Assembly (NCBI GenBank): GCA_026914245.1
Contig: CP110440.1
Location: 2,914,001-2,978,000, forward strand
Direction of reading: 5' to 3'
Origin: Puccinia triticina
Taxonomy: Eukaryota
Length of the DNA stretch: 64,000 bases
Shown here: piece after piece, positions 12,800 to 24,596 of the stretch
Layout: each line of letters begins with the position of its first letter
Position numbering within the stretch: position 1 is the stretch's first letter
Made by a program: the position numbers and the translations under genes
Notes under the pieces: generated by a model
What the model was told of the DNA's origin: nothing
Database searches by the model: none
What the model saw: only the letters and a program-made list of their open reading frames with translations

Positions 12800-15700
12800 G
12801 TCTTTTCTGGTCAAGATAGATTGGTCATCATGCGTGCCTGGTATTATTGGCCTGATTGTACATAGCAGTATGGCACAGCAGCTGGCCATCTGCTCGATGA
12901 ATTGCTTCAGTTGCTCAGCCTCATGAGAACCATTGACCTGCTCCTGTTGAGCGTGTGTTGGATCAACCAGGTTGATTGACCCAGGCCTCCTACTCCTGGA
13001 CTCTTCTCTCCTCTTGCATCCTGTCCTGCCACCTTCTTTCTTCAGCCTGGTTGGGAATTCTGAAAGGGGTGTAGCAGGGCTACAAGGGTTTGAGTGACAT
13101 GCGCCCATACTATGAGCGCGCTGTACACGCTAGGTACTTCCCACTCCGGCCTAGCGCAGGAGTTAGGGAAGCCAACTTATGTATGTCACGCGCAATAGGC
13201 GCGCAGTATCTGTCTTAGAGTATTTCCATTTCATATTATGTTACGACACCTTGTACGTGTTATGTCCCTACTGTTGAGATACTTACTCAACAGGTCATTT
13301 GATTCTCCTTCTCTTGTTGTCGGCCCTTATAAAAGGGCCTATCTTTCCCTTGTTGTTTTCATCATTCATCTTTACACAGACGAAATCTCAGACTTCTTAC
13401 TGTTGCATTCATTGCCACGTGTCGCGCCTACTACGCCGCAGATCCATATCCATTAGACTTGTGGCGTGCCCGTCTACAGGGGATGTTCTTGAGTGATTTA
13501 TGGTGTTGATGGAGTCTTGGACAGGCCTGCACATCTTTCCACTAGAGATCCTTGGCCAGCTGAGGTTGAGTGAATTTCAGTGGTTGATTGTTCCAGTTCA
13601 ATCTGTTGCCGGTTCCCAAGTCTGTGCAACTTAGTCTTACATTGGGAACATCAAGGGAACCAATGGCAGGTGAGGCACAACCATTCCACTGCATCCATTT
13701 ATAGAAAAAAGACCAAAGCAGTTGCTTGAATTGATCCAATATTTGGTCTAGATTGGTCACCCTTGTCCCTGTAATATCCAATGGTTGGATAAGCAGTTGT
13801 TGGTTCCTTGCCAATGCCGGTCTCCCGTCCAACTTTGTTTGCTATTGATGAAAATCATTGCTTGGTCCTCCTCCTTGACCAGGTGGCTGTTGATGAGTGA
13901 CCTGCAAGTGGTGCTGAGATCTGCTGGGGCAGTGGCTTGGGAGTCCACCTTGATCTGCAGTTTGTCTCAATAGGTGACATGTCAGGGGACAAGGTACTGC
14001 CTATGGCCAAAGCTATTCACAAACAGTTTGTGCTCTTGGCTGTGCTGGAGTGAGGCTGACATGAAAATGAACTGAATGCTGAGGAAGCCTAGTGCAACCA
14101 CTCCAGGTAGGTATTTTTGATAGCCAGCTTCAAGGAAGGCATGAACTTCATCAGCAATGATCCTAGTGGATGGCCATGTTTGAAGTTGGTTGAGAAAAGT
14201 CTGGGAGGGCAGCATTGTTGGCTAGTGGAACAATCAATTGGGTAGTATATTCCAAGTGAGTGTTGGGCTTGTACTCTTGAGAGCAACCATTTCTCAAGCC
14301 CTGCAGATCTTGGAGAGCTTGGCCCACAAGTTCCTTGAGTAATTGAATGGGCACAAGGCGTTTGTGGTAATAGACCAGAAGACGCAGACAAAAGGTCAAA
14401 GAATTCCCCCCTCCAGCAGGTCTGTCAAGTCCTCCTGGAAGAGCTCACTCAACCAGTGGTGTTGGAGCCTGTCCCAGAATTCAGTGTTGGGATTCCTGGT
14501 GATGATCATGAGCTTTCTGGATGGGCGTCAGGCGCTTGGCAATTGGCATCAATGGTTGTTCACAGGGAAAGTTTGAATCAATCTATGCAAATGGAGTGTC
14601 AGCTAATTCCAGAGAAGATCTGAGTTGCAGTCCAGATCAGCTTACACCCATGAATTCTTGCCAGGCTTCACTAGCCAACATAAGTCAGCTTTCTATGTCC
14701 CTGGCATCCCTAGACCCACTAGCATCTCCATAGACTGCGTTGGTGGTGTGAGAGGAGTGGTTGTGTTGGCTGGCGTCCATGATTTGGGCCAGGCCAAGCT
14801 GTCCGCTTGATTTGTTTCACTGTTGCGCAAGACCTCTCAAGGGAATTTCTTGGAGAGATGTGCTGATGCTATGCTTACTGCAGATTGCTGCCAGCCTTGA
14901 ATGCCAAGCGGATCTGATCCTCCCAGGCAGAAGTACTTGCAAAGGACCCTAGTGAAATCCTCCGTCTCCATCCAGCCTCCACGTGAATTGACCCAAAGAT
15001 AGTCTTGCAACTCATCAGCCCTTTCCATCTTTCCCAGCGCATGCAGGATGGTGCTGTTTCAAAAGAAAATCACAGAATCCACATTGATTGAGAGTATGGA
15101 TGGACCTACATTTGAACTGGTCTCAAGTAGCCAAGATGAACATGGAGCTGCTTGGAGAGTTTGGCAGTCAGGTATACCTGGCATGGTTTGGCTCAACTAC
15201 TGATATTCTTCTCCTTGTCATACCAGCTTTGGAGGACAAATTGACCCTTGCACCAATAGATATTCCGCTGAGGGTAGCAAGTGTTGGCAATAAGCATTCC
15301 AGTCTCCTCAGTTCCTCTGGAAGGTTGGCCACATCCGACATAGTATGGAAAGTAGATCATCCACCAGGTCCAGCCACTTTTCAGCTGATGCATGTCTTAT
15401 GACCCTGCTCCAGTCCCAGACAATTTGGTTGGTACTGTCCTGCCAACTCTCTTGGAGAACACCATGATCTAGCATTGTTCTTGGTACTCCAATCATGTAG
15501 TACTTGGAGTTGATGTTCATGGAGGAAGGTGGAGAGTGAGAGGTAATTGTGGGCAATCACCAAGTCTCTGGAGTACTGAATGGAATCCAGTGTGCAAGCC
15601 AGGGACTGTCACTTGCAGAGCTTTGCAGATTGAGGGCAAAGAGGTAGTAGATGTCCCAACAACTAGCTTTGTGAGGGGCAAGTCAACCCAGTGGCTGCTC

Positions 15701-16320
15701 TCTGGATTTGGTTTGTTCATGAAAGCCGCATCCAGTCACGGATAGTCTGGAAGGGTGAGGGTAGAGCATTGTTTTGTATCCAGTCAAAGTGTTCATTCAT
15801 CCTGGACACCTCTGCCCTCCCACCCCTTTCTCTCCGAGTTGGATCCCACCCCTCCTGAGCTGTTGTGGCCAGCATCCCCCGCCTACTCATGACCATTCCA
15901 ATTCAAATACCATGCTGATGTCCCCAATCATGTGTGACAAGGAGGCACAGTTGTAGAAAGAGCCATTGTTTTTGATCATTATGGGGAGTGCAGTAAGTTT
16001 ATCAAGGGCAGATTAAACACGTGAGTCTTTCCTCAATGAGATGGGGAAGGATACCAGTTTGGTCATCAACAAGTCTAGTTGGATGAAGATGGGCTGAAGC
16101 TCAGCATCAGAGGGATTGGGTTGAATGGTAGATGCCGTAGTGATCAAGGTCATCAATTTCTCCTCAAATTCAGCCTGGTATCAGCTCTAGAAGCTCGCCA
16201 GTGGGGTATCTGTGGCCACTTTGACAAAGGCTAGGAGCTTGGCAATCACACAAGCATACCTTGTATGAGTTTTGATTTCCTGAAGGGGAAAACAAGCCAA
16301 CGGTAGGTGAGGCTTGGCTG
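12800..16320 (-). pseudogene. Degenerate RecQ-type helicase with N-terminal tyrosine-recombinase-like region (telomere-linked-helicase-like architecture)
   Basis: Helicase motifs in order: PAGGGNS (~14400-14420, decayed Walker A), LVPIQLL, RIIADEVH, FMSASL, AMIFINSK, AIGSLDVPNVR, KEGGRTG. Upstream: GQPSRGTEE, RNIYW...WYDK, GWQQSAVSIA, HNHSSHTTNAVY, SEAWQEFMG. Split by a solo LTR. Confidence 0.8.
13070..13478 (+). mobile_element. Solo LTR (409 bp) inserted in the RecQ-like gene
   Basis: TGTAG...CTACA ends with GGGG on both flanks. TATAAAA inside GGCCCT...AGGGCC. CpG-richer than its host. Lies between helicase motifs V and VI. Confidence 0.8.
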
Positions 16321-16424
16321 CTAAATAACCAAAAAAGAGAAAACGTTAGCCTTGGTGCTGATTTGGCGGATGTAATCTGGTCACTGACATTTTCTCTTTG
16401 AGAGCAGCTTTGGTCAAGCCATAG

Positions 16425-16643
16425 TTGGAATTCATCAAGTTGGGCATACGGAGCCTGAGCCAAGCGTCAACTGCAACTTCCGAAGCACCCCTTAGCAATA
16501 TCCCCAGGAATTTACCAATCAACTGTTATTCTCCAGAATATTTGGCCACCTTGTCCCAAATTCAAATCAAGCTCCTTGCTCCAAAGCCCAAGATAGATTT
16601 TTCAAAACTATTATTATTGAACAAAGGTCCCTGTGAGTCATAA
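16425..16643 (+). pseudogene. C-terminal fragment of a transposon accessory-type protein
   Basis: PRNLPINCYSPEYLATLS resembles PHGLPIGTYDQDWLRQLL at the C-terminus of the 47038-55065 gene. Confidence 0.45.
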
Positions 16644-16799
16644 ATCTTCTTATCACCAAACTCATTTGACAAGTTGCTCATCAGCAATTGTGCACACTCA
16701 TATTCCTCATTTCTGTGCAATGGTACACTCAGCCTGAGACTGAAAATAAATTTCTGCCCAGAAAATCCGTTAATAACACCCTTTACAAGATGTGGACAG

Positions 16800-19140
16800 C
16801 CAAAGAAATACCTACAATGCCAATTCTCCTTTCCTATTTTGAACCTGGTGTATATCTCCAGAGTCCCTTCTACATAGTATCTATAAACACAACCCCTATT
16901 TGTTAGTCCAAGGCGGTAAAGAAAATCTATAGCTTGAACTTTTATTGCTGGATTCCAACTTGGTTCCTGAGACACCACAACCAGGGTCAGATCTTGTTAT
17001 TCTTGGTAAAACACATTGACCCAGCTGCTTACCATCACATATACACTTTGTGCACATCTCAAATCTATTCCAACCCCCGCTGCTTGTATCAAAGCCAGTA
17101 GGATGTTACAGTTTTGATCTGATTGAAATCATGATAGGTTTTCATTTCATCCCTTTTTGCTATGCTCAAGCTGCCTACAAGCCATGTTGAAACCAACTTT
17201 TTTCATTGAGTGCTTTTTCAATTCTTGTTGAATTGAATCACATGCAATGTCAGTTTGTTTATCTCCAAGTGCCATGAGATGAAGGAGATTACTTACATCT
17301 CAAGATAAGAAACAAAGCTTTAAAAAACTACTGTCTTTGGTGTCAGAATCCCGTTTCCACCCACTAAAAATTCTCAAAGGTTCTCTACCAGGTGTACTAA
17401 TTTTGCGAAGGCTTGCCAGCACCAATTCCATCAAAAGGCAATATTATCACGTGCAAAGACTGGGAGGTTGCAGAACTGTTGTATTATAGTCAGCTGTTGG
17501 AAGAATTCTGATGAATCCCACGGCTTGCCAGTAGATCAAAGTCTTCCAAAGAGCTGAATGAACAAAGTCCCTCAAGATACCCTCCCACGGTGCGCCTAAG
17601 CTGTTGACTATGACTTTTTCTATCTTTGGAGGAAGATTCATCAGCACATCCTTTGTCCTCCTCAAGCATACAGTTTCCATCAGCTGGTTCAACGTCTTGA
17701 TTGCAACCTGCGCACCAACATTCATCCCTGGGATAAGGTGCTGTCTTCAGATCCATTCCTCATCCCAAGGTGAAATTTTCAAGAGAGTGATCAAGCTTTG
17801 GACTTTGGTAAGTCAATTCTGGAATGGTGTTCCTGTGAGGCACAAGACCAGTTTTGATTTTACTTTGAGAATGTTTATTGTCCTGTTGGCTGTGGGATTC
17901 CGAATCATACTGAATAGTTTATATAGTCAGCCAATGTTTTTTTCATTTACTGATGAAAGTTCTACACTTATGGAAACCTACTGAGCCTCATCCAAGACAA
18001 TTCTGAACCAAAATAACTCCAGAGATTCAATAGTGATTTGACTCTTGTGTAGCCAGTTTCCAGAGGTTCCCACCATATTGTATGTTGTCAACACCGCCAG
18101 TGAAGACAATAGATCTTCCTGTGTAATGTTTCCACGGTCCCTTCCATGGAGGATTATGTAAGGTATGGCTCTCTCCTTAAAGTGAATCCTAATCTTGTTT
18201 TTCCAGTTAGACAAGGTTGCCAAGGGGCAAATGATGAGAGTTGCTGCAGAGTGAATGTGCTGATCATTTGAAAGGCTTGTCTGGAAAGTTTTAGCCAAAT
18301 CTGTAGTTGCTAGAACAAGTGCCAGGGTGGTCAGAGTTTTCCCCAAGCCCATATCATCAGCAAGTATTGATACACGGCGAGAAGATTCATTGGTCTTGAG
18401 AACTTGTAATTTGGTAGGGTCACAACTATTCCGTATCCAATTGTTGACAGAGTGATTCCACAAGTTGTTGATGTTACTATCTTTGGCCAATTTGTTCATC
18501 TTCAGAAACTGAAGAGCTGTGATTTGGGGTTCTTTCAGCTTGGTTACACAGTTTCTGAGCACTATCTGAAACAAGTCCCGGCCTAGTAGTGCACCATTCT
18601 GGTTTTTGTTTGCCGTATATTGAAAAAGAGATTTGTATTGTAGTCCCAGATGGGCAAGAGACTTATTTGGGCGTTCATGAATGCAGCTAGAACAGTTGAT
18701 TTGTTTTGAACAGGACTGAAGATGCAGCCCCTCAGTTGGGGATCCTTACAGATTTTAGGTACTAGGTCAGATGCGCTCATTCTGTGTTTAGTTATTGGTG
18801 TTGAGCAGCTGCCCACAGGACCAAGTAATGGACCAATAAAGTTGCTTTTGAGTTGAAAGATCTCCAAAAAAAGCTTGGGGGTACACCACACATGGACTCG
18901 GCTTGTTCCTTGGTGTAGAAAGGCTTGTTGTGGGTGATCAGGAAATGAAGTGGGAATAGGCAGACACATAGGTATGATAAATTGACCAAGGCATAGTGTT
19001 TCCAACATGAAGAGCTAGGGTTGGTCAGAAAGAGGTGGAGTGTCTTGGGTTGTGAAGTTGGAATTGAAGCAGGAATCAGATTCTTGTATTCGGCACTTGT
19101 TCCAAAATTCTTAAATGCCCTGTGCAATATCATATGGCTA
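16800..19140 (-). pseudogene. SNF2-family (Rad5/Rad16-like) helicase pseudogene with introns
   Basis: ILADDMGLGKT, TLIICPLATLSNW, LTTY, WFRIVLDEAQ, IRNP, CLTGTPFQN, CLRRTK, AAGVGIDL, EPSWNPA..QAID..YRLG. Contains stops and frameshifts. Confidence 0.92.
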
Positions 19141-19939
19141 TTGACAGGCTTTGGTGGTTATCCTTTCGAGTTCAGTTTGGTTTTAGGGCACCAGATGATA
19201 CATGCAATACCCAAACTTTACTGAAACAAAGATGGATTGTGACCCCTATCTTTGGGCCGCTCAAGATTCTCACCCAAAAGCCTATTACAGAGTGGATTTT
19301 GTTGATCCAAAAAAACATGGTGAGATCAGCAGTTGGCTGCCAATCATCTTCCCCTTGAGGATATGTTTTACATATCTTATAAATCAAGGTTAGCACAACT
19401 GATCCATATGCTACCTTTGCAAGTGGTTTTTACATGGGCTTGGGCTGCCAAAGGCATTGATGAGGGTTGGCTTTCAGCTTCAACTCCTTTCTCTTAAATT
19501 TATCTTCTCCAAATATTACAAAACAGAAACTCATGGGTGTCAACAGACATAAGGTTTCACAGAGGGGTAAAAACACCTAAATTTCATTGGCCAAACCATG
19601 ATGATCCTGGTTAGAAAACACAAAGAAAGTACATACCCCATTGGATTAAGGTGCCCTTAGGTTCTATAATGGTATGGTATACAATATACCATTACATTGC
19701 ACAAAACATCTGGCATGATTCTGGGTAACATCAGTATAGATTGTGCATTACATGACCTGGTCTTTGAACCCAGATCAGACCAACTTCAAACTGACTTCAA
19801 ACCAGTAACTAACAAGGATTGGACCAAACCTTGGCATGATTTATGCAAAGGCACTTGTAAACAGGTGCTGAGCAAACGTCTGTGGGGTACCCTACAACTT
19901 CTGATGTGGTCAATTTCAATACAAAACTCATTTGTTACA

Positions 19940-20330
19940 ATAACTTGGACCATTGGATAAAAGAGCCTGTGTCTTGAGTTGGTGGAAAGTGAGTTTAATC
20001 AATTTGATTTTGCTCTCTCTCTTTCAATTTTGTGGTGCATTCTCCATTTGCAGTTCAAGGATCTCCCGGTGCTGGGATCCTTGGTTTGGGATTACCTTGC
20101 CTGCCCAGACAGCTCCGCAAGTTTCAAGTGCACATTCTTGGCGGCCGCAACAATCTGTGCTCTGGGTAGGTCCGGTCTTGCAATCCAGAAAATTGAGCGA
20201 TCCATAAGCAGTCATGTGTGGCTGCAAAAGAGTTGAGTTAGGCGGTGAATTTTCAGCCTGTCAAGAAGTTATCAACACTGCCAAACAGAATCCAAAGTTT
20301 GACAAGTATCAAAATGCGAGGCTTCTAGAA
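19940..20330 (+). pseudogene. hAT transposase C-terminal dimerisation domain remnant
   Basis: VLSWWK, a GTGAGT intron at 19989, then LPVLGSLVWDYLACPDSSASFKCTFLAAATIC..GRSGL...IERSISSHVWL. Confidence 0.85.
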
Positions 20331-20419
20331 AATGATAATGCTTTTTTGCTTTACATTCTCTGGGTGCTCTCATCCTTTCTCATTATTGTTTTTCACTCTT
20401 TTCTCTTCTACCTCTGCTT

Positions 20420-20801
20420 GTAAAAAATAGCGCGTTACTCAGTGCTACAGTTGTACTAAAATAGCGCGCAACAAGCTTTTTGACTTGTATATTAGCGCGC
20501 TGGCGTTACAAGTCCGATAATCTAGTGTGCTAAATCCTTGCAAATATAGTCCTGGGGGCCAAGTAACAATAGCAACACGCATTTGCGCTATCAGCAAGCG
20601 TAGTGTAGTCCCTTCTGATCCCGCTATGCTATGTTACCAGTAGCATAGCACTTTCACCATTAGTGGGCAATACTTGTAGACGGTACCCGGGTACTGCACC
20701 ACTTGCTAGCCAAAAGCAAGTTTGTAGTAAAGCACCCGGCACCACTGCACCGGTGCAAGTGGTACTAGGTACCCACCACGGGTACCAATTGACTATCTCT
20801 A
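20420..20801 (+). repeat. DNA-transposon terminal/subterminal repeats (hAT-like), probably two adjacent ends
   Basis: TAGCGC/GCGCTA-rich tract ending CACTTTCACCATTAG at 20662, directly downstream of the hAT domain. Then a GGTACC-rich, partly palindromic tract ending TTGACTATCTCTA at 20801. Confidence 0.55.
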
Positions 20802-20929
20802 CACCTAAGTTGCGTCAACATGGGGTGTTCAATCAGGAAAGATGTGCTTTGGGGGTGATTCAAGCATCTCTCTCCTGGTACTGTTCATTTAACATAATCC
20901 CTTTTGTGGCAGAACACACCACATCCCCC

Positions 20930-21657
20930 TTAGCACTCTTTGACCTCAGCCCTCCTGAAGGCTCCAGCTTATCCTCCCTTTGTAGTACATCAGCCGCAGC
21001 TGATTTACTGCTGCCTGCCAGCACCCAAAGCTAGCCAAAAGCACAGCCCAGACCCCCAGATCTGTATTCCTCCCCACTTTTCTCTTATGTTTTCCCTCCC
21101 CTCCTCCCTCTAAGCCCTTCCACCTTTCAATTTTCTGAATTGCCTGGCTTGAATTTGAAATCACACATAAAGCCTTACTCAACATTGACCCGAATGTTTC
21201 TGATAGCCCAGAAAAGAAATGACTGTCCCTAACTGATTCTATCACCCATTTTTCTTCAAACACCGCCACTCCCGGTTCCCTCTTATTTCCCATTGTTCTC
21301 CTTCACACTTGCCCTCTACCAATCACTTCCTCTTTTCCATAGGGGGGGAGACTGTGAAGCCCTCCTCAACATGGGGTCTTCACATGAGGTGTTATGGGAT
21401 TTCCTGACTAAAATCCCCTGCCAGAGTGAGTACTTAGACCCAGCCCCACACTTCCCTGGTTGCGCAGATATCTGATCTCTCCTGACCAGGTAAGAAGCAC
21501 CCTCATAGTTTCCCTCTTGTCCTCTCTCAGATCTTGTATGTAGTTGGTACCAACATGTTACAGGTCTTGAGTGCAAAATGACACTTTGCACTTCACTACT
21601 ATCCCTTGGAAGATTTTCTTTGGGTTCTGAACCTAGGAGGTAAGTATTTTGGTCACA
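20930..21657 (+). mobile_element. 3' remnant of an LTR element related to 43500-45851
   Basis: Pyrimidine-rich internal end, PPT AGGGGGGGAGAC, LTR TGTGA...TCACA (21353-21657, 305 bp). Shares CTGATC...AGGTAAG with the 318-bp LTRs. Confidence 0.7.
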
Positions 21658-22299
21658 GCAACTCCTTGGCAGTGAAGCAAGAAGGTGTCAGATGTTGAAG
21701 CTGCTGACTTTCACCAAGAGTCAAATTGTTGAAATAGAGATGCAATTTAGGAAAGGTATCTTTGTTTTATCTACATTTCACTACTTATTGAATTCATGCA
21801 CAGAATGACATGCTTTGATTTTGTGTATCTCTCTATGAAGTCAAGGCCCAGCAAATATGTATGTTTTGCACACACAGGTGGTTGTTGTGACTCATTCATT
21901 CTAGAATCAATAATGTATTAGTAAATTAAAGGATGAAGCTCTTCAGGGAATCCTGCAGAGTAGAATATAACAGGTTTTTGTTTAAAAAGACATGGGAAGA
22001 TGCACCACATGAAACTATTCATTGTGGGTTGGAATAAGCAATTGTAACTTTACTGAGTTGGAATGATGGATGATAAGCATATGGCTGACCATTTATATGA
22101 AAAGCCAATATTTGTTAGATTTGGCTGAGGTCAATCTCAGGACAGGGTGCAGTCTTGCGCATACAAGGTTTGAGCCAAGGAACTGGTTGGCAAGTGGTAG
22201 TCCAGTGCCATGAGGGGAGGAAGGCATTGTTTTGGGATCAATGGACTAGCAAATAGATGAAACAAAACAGATTACTGACGCGGAACTTGGCTTGGTAGT

Positions 22300-23900
22300 T
22301 GTGGGACAATCATCTCTTTTGAGCATGAGTGGTCCGCTTGTGGTGGGTCTTGTGAAATAGTTAATTTGTCCACACAGTCTGAAGGGTCAACTTGATCTGC
22401 AGGATTGTCAGCTGTAGTGTCCAATCGGTCTTTGCACAGAGGTGTGTTGGCTCAAGAGTTGTGATTTAATGGTGCACGGGGGCTGCCTGAGAGGGGGGGG
22501 CATGTGTTAGTTGAAAACGTCCCCCTGTTGAAGCTTTCAGACAAGGATAAAACTACTGACATTGTACGTTGTTTGCAAATCAAGGGCAAATTACCCCTGT
22601 TGAGTTTTTTTGCAGTGGGTTGCCTGCAAGGGTCTCCAGAGTGTCTTCAGGGTCACGTACAACATCAATGGTAGCCCTCCCGTCAAGTCACGCATTGGGC
22701 AGGGGGGTGTTGGAGCAAGAGTTGCAGCATGATGGCGCACGGGAGCTGATGCAGGATTGTGGTGTGAGGGCGTCCTGATGGCAGTTGGGAAGGTTCAAAG
22801 GACCAGGGCAAAAAAGAGGCAATTCCAGGCATCAATTCCTCAATTGAAGAGTGTGCTCAGAGTCATTTGGTGTTCGGCAGCGGTGAGAGCAATCATGAGT
22901 CAAGTGATTGTGAATGGATTGATCATGTGTGGAATGGTTGGAGGGAGCAGGGTTACGTTCTTTGAGGGATAGACCATGCATCAATTGGTCAAAGTGACCA
23001 TGACATTCTTTGAGGGGCAGGGAGTTTTCTAGTGGTCTACCTGGACCTTGTTTAACAATAGGCGAGCTGAGCTTTGGTGAACTGACCTCGATGGGAGCTG
23101 AAAAGCTTTTTGCCTTTGAGGAGGTAGACTTTGAGTGGTTGTTGGCCTTGGGTGAACCCTTTGTGAGCTCATTCACCAACCCATGGGCCAGAGGAGGCCA
23201 GGCTAAACTTGGGGAGAGGTGTTTGCGTCACGTCCCAGATGGGCAAGCTGGGCAGAAGACTGCAACAGTTGGCTGGAATGCCTTGGGCGCAAGGAAGGTT
23301 GAGGTGCTGCAACGTATTGAACATGGTGGCCGGGGTGCCTTCCAAGAAGAGGGCTGGAGTAAAGCTTGGGTCTGGGTCTGGGTAGTGCTTGCGCTTGTGG
23401 GAGTGTGATTCCGCCGCCACCGGATTTGCAAGCAATTGGAGCTGGTTCAGAGGGGGCCACGGGGTTGATTAACCTCTGGATGAGGCACTTTAGGTTGCTG
23501 GTACCAGAGCAAGGAGAGTGGAGGTGATCAATCCCTGGGTAGCATTGGGGCTTGGGAGATGGCAGAGATTGCGCCGGTGATGGTGATCAGGGTAGTGGTG
23601 GCGGTGGAGGAGCCGGGTGGGCCTTGCGTGGTCTACCCGGCTTGCGCTTAGGTGGGGGGGTGGCATCAGGCGGGGGAGAAGGGGGTGCTTGCCGTACTTG
23701 TAGCTGGCCTCTACCAGCACTTGGCTTGTGCTTGACACCAGCAACATAAGGACCTTTGCGCGCGCAGTTTTGGCAATGAGGGAGATTGTCTTGAGGTAGT
23801 TTTTGCGCTTGTAGAAGGCAAATAGGTGGTCGTTGGGCGCAGATGTTAGGAGCCATTGGTAGAAGAAGACAATGAGAGGAGGAGGGTTTTTGGACTCCAG
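22300..23900 (-). pseudogene. Degenerate Pro-rich coding remnant with AT-hook
   Basis: KRKPGRPRK at ~23623-23649 within frameshifted Pro/Ser-rich ORFs. Adjacent to a transposon-like repeat array. Confidence 0.4.
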
Positions 23901-24380
23901 TTTTGCAAGTGGGACTTGCAAGAAGTGAGCAAAACGCAGGATATGCAAGTCTCACTTGCTAAAGATGAGTCAAACTTACGTTTTTCAAGTGGGACCTGCA
24001 TATACTGAGTTCTGCTCACCTTCTGCAAGTGCCACTTGCAGAAGGTGGGTTGGACCTAGGACATGCAAGTGGGGCCTGCATACCCTGAGTGCGACTCATC
24101 TTTTGGAAGTCCAACTTGCAAGAAGTGTGCCTCACTTGCCAAAGAAGAGCCGGACTAATCCTTTGCAAGTGAGACTTGCATATCCTGAGTCCTGCTCACA
24201 CTTTGCAAGTGGGACTTGCAAAAGATGAGCTGGAATCAGGGTATGCAGGTCTCACTTGCATATCACAAGTTGGACTCATGATATGCAAGTGAGACTTGCA
24301 GAAGATGAGCTGGATTGCAAGTTGGACTTGCAGTAGGTGAGTTGCACTTGAAAGAAATGAGCCAGCCGCAGTTGCATATC
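23900..24380. repeat. Array of palindromic TGCAAGT-N3-ACTTGCA motifs, ~40-bp period
   Basis: About 13 degenerate copies. The intervening sequences are related to each other and occur in both orientations. One more motif follows the MITE (~24604). Confidence 0.85.
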
Positions 24381-24396
24381 CAAAGCTTGTATATTA

Positions 24397-24596
24397 GGGG
24401 GGTTCACAATTGAATTTTATAAAACTTTGGAGGGCAATTTAAGGCCTTTATGAGCATAATTTTAGTAATTTTGGCAACATGTCCAGAAAGAGGTGTGACT
24501 GATCAATCAGTGCAATTTATCAACTTTTTAAAAATATGTTCATAAACAGGTTAAAATGGGTCCTAAAGTTTTACAATTTTCAATTGTGAACCCCCC
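24397..24596. mobile_element. MITE (200 bp)
   Basis: TIR GGGGGGTTCACAATTGAA / TTCAATTGTGAACCCCCC, extending imperfectly to ~40 bp. Flanks read as a TA TSD, or as ATT if the element is 1 bp longer at each end. Confidence 0.9.

Noticed and set aside
12713..13108. 131-aa ORF as an independent gene
   Set aside because: Its start lies inside the solo LTR. The remainder is the C-terminal part of the RecQ-like pseudogene.
23900..24380. CRISPR-like array of palindromic repeats
   Set aside because: The spacers are related to each other, the repeats are degenerate and in mixed orientation, no cas genes are present, and the context is eukaryotic.
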